Below, one piece after another: positions 58,120 to 64,000 of a DNA stretch of 64,000 nt. The stretch covers positions 20,036 to 84,035 of the forward strand of contig JBBQUV010000003.1 of NCBI GenBank assembly GCA_038212075.1, written 5' to 3'. The stretch's first letter is position 1. Each line of letters starts with the position of its first letter. Under the pieces are notes generated by a model that did not search any database, was not told the origin of the DNA, and worked only from the letters and a program-made list of their open reading frames with translations. Both the position numbers and the translations under genes were made by a program. This DNA is from Minisyncoccia bacterium. GTDB lineage: Bacteria > Patescibacteriota > Minisyncoccia > Phycocordibacterales > Phycocordibacteraceae.

Positions 58120-60645
58120 ATGGCGGGTTTCTTGAGTAAACTCTTTTCGCAAAACCAATCCGCGGCCTTTCTTCGGGCCGCGGCTCCAGTTGTTGCTGTT
58201 GCTACGCGCCTTGCGCCGGAGCTTGAAGTATTGTCGCAGGAGGCTCTGAAAGAGCGCCTGGCGGCAGTGAAAGCACGCACCAACGGGAACCCCGAAACGG
58301 ACGAAGATATTGCAGAGGTATTTGCGCTTGTTCGTGAAGCGGCACGACGCACGTTAAATGAACGTCACTACGATGTTCAGCTTATTGGCGGGTTGGCGCT
58401 TGCAAAAGGTCGCATTGCAGAAATGCGCACTGGAGAAGGAAAGACGTTGGTGGCAACACTTCCAGCGACACTGCGCGCGCTTGCTGGGAAAGGAATGCAC
58501 ATGGTTACCGTAAACGATTACCTCGCACGCCGCGACGGCGCGTGGATGGGTCAGGTGTACGCATATCTTGGACTCACGGTTGGCGTCGTTACCTCCACAG
58601 GCGCATATGTGTACGATGCACTTCACACAACAAAAGAAGAAGATACTGTGCGTGATGAAACCGGCTCCTTCCGCGTTTTTTATGATTTCTTGCGTCCTGT
58701 TTCAAAAACAGAAGCATATGCCGCTGACATTACGTATGCCACAAACAACGAGCTGGGCTTTGATTACTTGCGCGACAATACCGCGTACGACTTGACTCAA
58801 ATAACTCAGCGCGGCCATCACTACGCTATTGTGGACGAAGTCGACTCTATTCTTATTGATGAAGCACGCACGCCGCTTATTATTTCTGGACCTGCGGCAG
58901 ATGCAGAAGGGCTGTACGAGCGTTTTTCTAAAATCGTAGAAACCTTGCACGAAGGTGAAGATTATAGCGTTGACGAAAAACAGCGTGCTGTGCAAGTAAC
59001 TGAAGAGGGAATTAGAAAAACTGAAGTCGCACTCGGTCTTGAAAACTTGTATACCGAAGGCGGCATGAAGTATGCCCACCATCTGGAAACTGCCGTGCGT
59101 GCGCAGGCACTCTTTCATAGCAATAAAGAGTACGTCGTAAAGGACGGTGAGATTATCATTGTGGACGAGTTCACTGGCCGTATGCAACCGGGGCGCAGAT
59201 GGTCGGAAGGGCTTCACCAAGCGATTGAGGCAAAAGAAGGTGTGCCGGTGAAAAAAGAAACACGCACGTACGCGAGTGTGACCTTCCAAAACTATTTCCG
59301 CATGTATGAGAAGATCGCCGGCATGACCGGCACCGCGCTTTCTTCCGAGGAAGAATTCTATACGGTGTATGGCTTGGACGTGGTGGTGGTTCCCACTAAC
59401 CGCCCAGTGCAACGCAAGGATCACGACGATCTTATTTTTCAAACGGCAAAAGGAAAATACAAAGCGGTTGCTCGCGAATGCGCTCATTTATATAAGAACG
59501 GTCAGCCAGTCCTAGTCGGTACAGTTTCTATTGAAGACAACGACGTAGTGAGTCAGTATCTTACCGAAGCAGGCGTGCCCCACGAAGTGCTGAATGCAAA
59601 GAACCACGAACGCGAAGGTGAAATCATTGCACAGGCCGGAAGAAAAGCGCGCGTCACCGTTGCTACCAACCTCGCTGGTCGCGGTGTCGACATTAAGCTT
59701 GGCGGTATTCCAAGTACGCCTGAAGAACAAGAAGAAGTAAAAAAGCTTGGTGGGCTTGCGGTGATTGGTACCGAACGCCATGAAGCACGTCGTATTGATA
59801 ATCAGTTGCGCGGCCGTTCCGGTCGCCAAGGCGATCCGGGCGAAACACGATTCTTTGTATCCCTTGAAGACCGTTTGATGCGTGTTTTTGCTTCTGACAC
59901 TATAAAAAAAGTGATGGGCACGTTTGGTATCCCAGAAGATGAACCACTTGAAAGTTCAATGATTACTAAATCGTTGGAAACAGCACAGAAGCGTATTGAA
60001 GGATTTAACTTTGATTCTCGCAAACAAGTGCTCGCGTATGACGACGTGCTCAACACCCAGCGTCTTACTATTTATGGGCGTCGTGTCGCGGCACTGCTTG
60101 GTACTCCTGCAGAAGTGGAAGCGCTTATTTTTACTGCACTCGGTGGTGACGAGCACGCTATTGAACACTACGATGCAAAAAAAGCTGAAATTGGTGTCGA
60201 CGTATTTATCGCGCTCATGCGTCGCCTCATTCTGCAGGTTACCGATTCATTTTGGCTCGAACAGCTTGAAGGCATGGATTACTTGCGCCGTGCCGTGTCA
60301 CTGCGCGCTTACGGTCAGCGTGACCCTTTGATTGAATACCGACGCGAGGGACTCGCGCGGTTCCGTGACATGGAAGCAAACACTGCACGCGCCATTAGTG
60401 AAGCTATTCCGCGCATTGTTCCGGCAGACGACGCACGCATTCGTGCTGAAGAAGAAAAAACACGCCGCGCACTTGCGACTGCGTCTACCGAAGGCGGCGT
60501 CATTCCTGAACAAGCACCTATCGTGAAAGCGGCGGGCTACGAGCGTAACGACATGGTAACCATCAAGAAGGGCGAAGAAACACAAACGCTCAAATATAAA
60601 AAAGCCGAACCGCTTCTTGCAGAAGGTTGGGCTGTTGTTGAATAA
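58120..60645 (+). CDS. secA: Preprotein translocase ATPase SecA
   Basis: DEAD-like motor ...MRTGEGKTLVATLPA..., full-length conservation. ATG 58120 chosen (MAGFLSKLF...). Confidence 0.9.
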   Translation: MAGFLSKLFSQNQSAAFLRAAAPVVAVATRLAPELEVLSQEALKERLAAVKARTNGNPETDEDIAEVFALVREAARRTLNERHYDVQLIGGLALAKGRIAEMRTGEGKTLVATLPATLRALAGKGMHMVTVNDYLARRDGAWMGQVYAYLGLTVGVVTSTGAYVYDALHTTKEEDTVRDETGSFRVFYDFLRPVSKTEAYAADITYATNNELGFDYLRDNTAYDLTQITQRGHHYAIVDEVDSILIDEARTPLIISGPAADAEGLYERFSKIVETLHEGEDYSVDEKQRAVQVTEEGIRKTEVALGLENLYTEGGMKYAHHLETAVRAQALFHSNKEYVVKDGEIIIVDEFTGRMQPGRRWSEGLHQAIEAKEGVPVKKETRTYASVTFQNYFRMYEKIAGMTGTALSSEEEFYTVYGLDVVVVPTNRPVQRKDHDDLIFQTAKGKYKAVARECAHLYKNGQPVLVGTVSIEDNDVVSQYLTEAGVPHEVLNAKNHEREGEIIAQAGRKARVTVATNLAGRGVDIKLGGIPSTPEEQEEVKKLGGLAVIGTERHEARRIDNQLRGRSGRQGDPGETRFFVSLEDRLMRVFASDTIKKVMGTFGIPEDEPLESSMITKSLETAQKRIEGFNFDSRKQVLAYDDVLNTQRLTIYGRRVAALLGTPAEVEALIFTALGGDEHAIEHYDAKKAEIGVDVFIALMRRLILQVTDSFWLEQLEGMDYLRRAVSLRAYGQRDPLIEYRREGLARFRDMEANTARAISEAIPRIVPADDARIRAEEEKTRRALATASTEGGVIPEQAPIVKAAGYERNDMVTIKKGEETQTLKYKKAEPLLAEGWAVVE

Positions 60646-60694
60646 TAGTCTCAAGAATTTCTAAAAACAGTAAGTGTGATAGGGTGAGGGAACT

Positions 60695-61669
60695 ATGGCA
60701 TTTGTAGACCAAATAACCGTGAAGGCGCAGGCAGGAAAAGGCGGCAATGGCGTGATCCGTTGGCTTCGCAATAAAGAAACCGCCAAGGGCGGGCCTGCTG
60801 GCGGCGACGGGGGCAAGGGTGGTGACGTCGTTCTTCTTGGCGTGCAAGATCTTGCGGCACTCGCACCATATCGCTACGACAAAGACTTTTCTGCAGAACC
60901 CGGTGAAGCGGGCGGCAACTTTAATCGTCACGGTGCAGACGGAAAAGATGTAGTGTTGAAAGTTCCTGTGGGTACCGTTGCTCGTGTTGTTGCCACAAAC
61001 GAAACCTTTGATATCACGCACGAAGGCGAACAGGTTGTTGTGTTTAAGGGCGGTAATGGCGGAAAGGGAAATGCACGCTTCAAAGGCTCCACAAGTCAAA
61101 ACCCTTTTGAACAAACTGACGGGAAAAAAGCCGATGGTGGGGATATCCAACTCACCCTTAAACTTATCGCCGATGCCGGCTTCGTTGGCTACCCAAATGC
61201 TGGGAAGTCCTCACTTTTGAATGCGCTTACCAATGCCAAATCCAAGATCGGTGCGTATCCGTTTACCACACTTGACCCTCACCTTGGTGACTTCTACGGG
61301 CAGATTCTTGCCGACATCCCTGGTCTTATTGAAGGCGCGTCCACAGGAAAGGGTCTAGGTTCAAAGTTTTTGAAGCACATTGAACGCACCAAAATTCTTG
61401 TACATCTTGTCTCGGCTGAACAAGAAGACCTTGTCTCGGCATACCGCGGGGTACGTTCGGAGCTGGAATCCTTTGGTCACGAGCTTGGAGGGAAGGAAGA
61501 AGTAGTTGTCCTCTCTAAAATTGACTTGCTTGAACCGCCTGCCCTCAAAAAGGCAATTGCCACCCTCTCCAAGGCAACAGGGAAGGAGGTACTGACGGTC
61601 TCGGTTGCCGACCCAGATATCCTTAAAGCGTTCTCGGATACGCTTTCAAAACTCCTTGCCAAAGGTTGA
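60695..61669 (+). CDS. obg: GTPase Obg/CgtA
   Basis: Gly-rich Obg fold (GGNGG, GGDGGKGGDV) and G domain GYPNAGKSSLL. Confidence 0.9.
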   Translation: MAFVDQITVKAQAGKGGNGVIRWLRNKETAKGGPAGGDGGKGGDVVLLGVQDLAALAPYRYDKDFSAEPGEAGGNFNRHGADGKDVVLKVPVGTVARVVATNETFDITHEGEQVVVFKGGNGGKGNARFKGSTSQNPFEQTDGKKADGGDIQLTLKLIADAGFVGYPNAGKSSLLNALTNAKSKIGAYPFTTLDPHLGDFYGQILADIPGLIEGASTGKGLGSKFLKHIERTKILVHLVSAEQEDLVSAYRGVRSELESFGHELGGKEEVVVLSKIDLLEPPALKKAIATLSKATGKEVLTVSVADPDILKAFSDTLSKLLAKG

Positions 61670-61704
61670 TAGTTTTTGTGAGTTGGTGAATAGTATAGGT
61701 ACGG

Positions 61705-63120
61705 ATGAAGAAATACACACCCACCATAGGTCTTGAGGTTCATGCAGAATTGAGAACCAAGACAAAGATGTTCTGCGACTCACCGAATGACCCGGATGAA
61801 ACTCGACCGAACCAAAACGTTTGCCCTGTTTGTTTGGCGCACCCTGGCACATTGCCGGTGATTAACCGCGAAGCCGTGCACCACGTACTTCGTGTAGGCA
61901 CCGCGCTCGGAAGCACCCTTGCCGATTTTACGGAGTTTGACCGCAAGAGTTATTTTTACCCAGATATTCCAAAAGGCTACCAAATCACCCAGTACGAATA
62001 TCCGCTCGTTACGGGCGGCTCACTGAATGGCGTTTCGATTACGCGTGTGCATTTGGAAGAAGACACCGCGCGATCCATCCACAGCGGCGGAGTATCGCTT
62101 GTCGATTTTAATCGTGCCGGTGTGCCGCTTATGGAACTGGTCACAGAGCCCGTAATGCACGATGCAGAAACGGCAGGGAATTTCGCACGCGAACTGCAGC
62201 TACTTCTGCGCACACTCGGGGCATCCGAAGCAAATCTTGAAAAAGGAGAAATGCGTATTGAAGCAAACATCTCTATCTCGGAGAACGATACCTTCGGTAC
62301 AAAGGTAGAGGTTAAGAACCTAAACTCGTTCCGCTCGGTCGAGCGAGCCCTTGCATACGAGATTGAACGGCAGGCCGAGCTTCTTGAAAAAGGGGAGAAG
62401 GTACTCCAAGAAACTCGCGGATGGGACGAGTCTAAACAGAGCACGTTTCGCCAGCGCACCAAAGAGGGGAGCGCCGACTACCGCTATTTTCCGGAACCCG
62501 ACCTACCAAAACTGGTCATCTCGGACGTGCCTGAATTTTCAGCTGCGGTGCTTCGCGCGTCCATGCCAGAGCTTCCATGGGAACGACGTGAACGATATTC
62601 CGCTCTTGGTCTTTCAAAAGATGCAATTACGTCAATTGGAAGTGACACAGATCGCGCGGTATTTTTTGACGCAGTACTTTCTACGCTCGATGGAAATAAA
62701 AAAATAAGTGCTCTCGCCGCAAATTACTTTGCATCAGATGTTGCTGGATGGCTTGCAAAAGATTCTACGCGCACACTTTCCATTTCACCAAACGCATTTG
62801 TATCACTCATGCACATGGTGAATGAAAATAAAGTATCATCGCGTGGAGCAAAAGAAGTACTCACCATCATGTTGGAGAACGGAGGCGATCCAGAAACAAT
62901 TGCAAAGGAAAGTGGTTTTGAACAAGTCAGCGACACCGAAGCATTACGTACTGCAGTACAGGCGGTCATCGTTCGCTCACCGGAAGTGGCAGACGAGTAC
63001 CGCAAAGGAAAGGAGGCGGCACTCCAGTACCTTGTTGGTCAAAGCATGAAAGAAACAAAGGGCGCAGGTAATCCGACAGTCATACAAGAACTTCTGGTAG
63101 AGGAGCTTGGGAAGGCATAA
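61705..63120 (+). CDS. gatB: Asp-tRNA(Asn)/Glu-tRNA(Gln) amidotransferase subunit B
   Basis: IGLEVHAEL...CPVCLAHPGTLP GatB N-terminal signatures, 471 aa. Confidence 0.9.
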   Translation: MKKYTPTIGLEVHAELRTKTKMFCDSPNDPDETRPNQNVCPVCLAHPGTLPVINREAVHHVLRVGTALGSTLADFTEFDRKSYFYPDIPKGYQITQYEYPLVTGGSLNGVSITRVHLEEDTARSIHSGGVSLVDFNRAGVPLMELVTEPVMHDAETAGNFARELQLLLRTLGASEANLEKGEMRIEANISISENDTFGTKVEVKNLNSFRSVERALAYEIERQAELLEKGEKVLQETRGWDESKQSTFRQRTKEGSADYRYFPEPDLPKLVISDVPEFSAAVLRASMPELPWERRERYSALGLSKDAITSIGSDTDRAVFFDAVLSTLDGNKKISALAANYFASDVAGWLAKDSTRTLSISPNAFVSLMHMVNENKVSSRGAKEVLTIMLENGGDPETIAKESGFEQVSDTEALRTAVQAVIVRSPEVADEYRKGKEAALQYLVGQSMKETKGAGNPTVIQELLVEELGKA

Positions 63121-63206
63121 ATAGGGTTGTTTTTAGCCAAGATGGCAAAGTGCGCCATCTTGGCACAGCGTGTTTATAATCACTTTGATACAAGACAAGA
63201 AGAGCA

Positions 63207-63212
63207 TATACT
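63207..63212 (+). promoter_or_regulatory. -10 hexamer TATACT, 7 nt before the ATG at 63219 (leaderless configuration)
   Basis: tatact accgat ATG. Confidence 0.4.
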
Positions 63213-63218
63213 ACCGAT

Positions 63219-64000
63219 ATGAATGAACTAACTCTAGACGGCAAGATATACGTCTCGTCAAAGCGTGCTGCAGAAATTACCGGATACGCAAAAGATTATG
63301 TAGGCCAACTATGTCGCGAAGGGCACGTAGAAGCGCGGCTCGTAGGCCGTAACTGGTACGTACTTGAAACTTCCATCCGGGAACATCGTTTTGGTAAGAA
63401 GGAAGAAGTGGTAGAGGCGTCTATTGAAACAAGAAAGCCGACAGCAAACGTATCTGCATGGGAGAAAACTCACTATGAATCAGAAGTGCCGGCATATATA
63501 CCGCCTATTCGGCACGAAGATGTCTGGCAAAACACCGTGGCAAGCCCCTTCCACGTGCGCGGCAAGCAAGCGGTAATAGAAGACATCCAGTCCGCACTCC
63601 AAGACTGGTCTACAGCACAAGAGCCGGTGGCAGGGGATTTTGAGGCAACAAGCCCCGATCAAGAGGTTTCTAGAAGTGATTCAACCGAGGTGCCGGTGCA
63701 TATACAGCCCATAGCGGAAGAAGAACTCTCGGTTCAAGAAGAACGGCTTACCAATGACGATACTCCACCGGCTCAAGTGGCTGTTACAGACGAGTCTTGG
63801 CAAGAAGTGATAGATAACCTAGAAACAGAGGATACTGCACAGGAGAGGCCTCACAAGAGCTACGGAAGGCTGTTTAAAGCAAGAAAAGCAATTCTACGAA
63901 CGATATTCATAGCGGTTGCACTTAGCGCAATGACCCTTGCCGTCTTTGGAAGTGGAATTGTAAACAAGATAACGGGGAATAAGTATTATCGTTTTAACGA
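63219..64000 (+). CDS. Partial CDS (runs off the window): excisionase/MerR-type HTH (HTH_17-like) N-domain, acidic linker, C-terminal TM segment
   Basis: ...YVSSKRAAEITGYAKDYVGQLCREGHVEARLVGRNWYV... matches the K.AAE..G.....V..L.R.G.....VGR.W.V excisionase-type HTH pattern. No stop before the window end. Confidence 0.5.
   Translation, partial: MNELTLDGKIYVSSKRAAEITGYAKDYVGQLCREGHVEARLVGRNWYVLETSIREHRFGKKEEVVEASIETRKPTANVSAWEKTHYESEVPAYIPPIRHEDVWQNTVASPFHVRGKQAVIEDIQSALQDWSTAQEPVAGDFEATSPDQEVSRSDSTEVPVHIQPIAEEELSVQEERLTNDDTPPAQVAVTDESWQEVIDNLETEDTAQERPHKSYGRLFKARKAILRTIFIAVALSAMTLAVFGSGIVNKITGNKYYRFN

Overview
This window appears to come from a small-genome, candidate-phyla-radiation (Patescibacteria-like) bacterium. 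That assignment is inference from the rRNA features and gene content. Protein genes are almost all on the + strand, abutting or overlapping by 1-4 nt. The rRNA genes are unlinked. A 23S-5S unit (1548-5887) is followed 12 kb later by a separate 16S gene (18207-19651), with housekeeping genes (folD, secDF, pyrH-like, Nudix, inositol monophosphatase) in between. The 23S gene is about 4.1 kb because it carries three insertions at classic group I intron sites. Two of them show recognisable group I R/S (P7) elements. The 16S 3' tail reads GGATCATATCCGAA in place of GGATCACCTCCTTA, so the CCUCC anti-Shine-Dalgarno core is absent. Almost no gene has an SD, and many start codons sit 7-8 nt downstream of a TAnnnT -10 hexamer, a leaderless-mRNA configuration. 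A tRNA-Ile(GAT) lies downstream of the 16S, nested between the two halves of a second, interrupted tRNA-like gene. Two intergenic hairpins (about 229-281 and 26493-26544) share conserved flanks and a near-identical loop (CTAAACT..GGTCTC) but have different, fully compensated stems, which suggests a structured repeat or RNA motif family. From 27 kb to 57 kb lies a large envelope-glycan locus. It contains many GT4/GT2 glycosyltransferases, a GT-C mannosyltransferase-like membrane protein, a YdjC-GtrA fusion, a Wzx flippase, a Wzy_C/O-antigen-ligase-like protein with a TPR tail, methyltransferases, oxidoreductases and an FnlA/FnlB/FnlC-like UDP-L-FucNAc pathway. It is headed by an orphan VirD4/TraG-like ATPase with a proline-rich tail. 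Peptidoglycan genes (rodA/ftsW-like, murD, a class IV aminotransferase, murC, murB) and secA, obg and gatB complete the window. A partial excisionase-type HTH membrane protein runs off the 3' edge.
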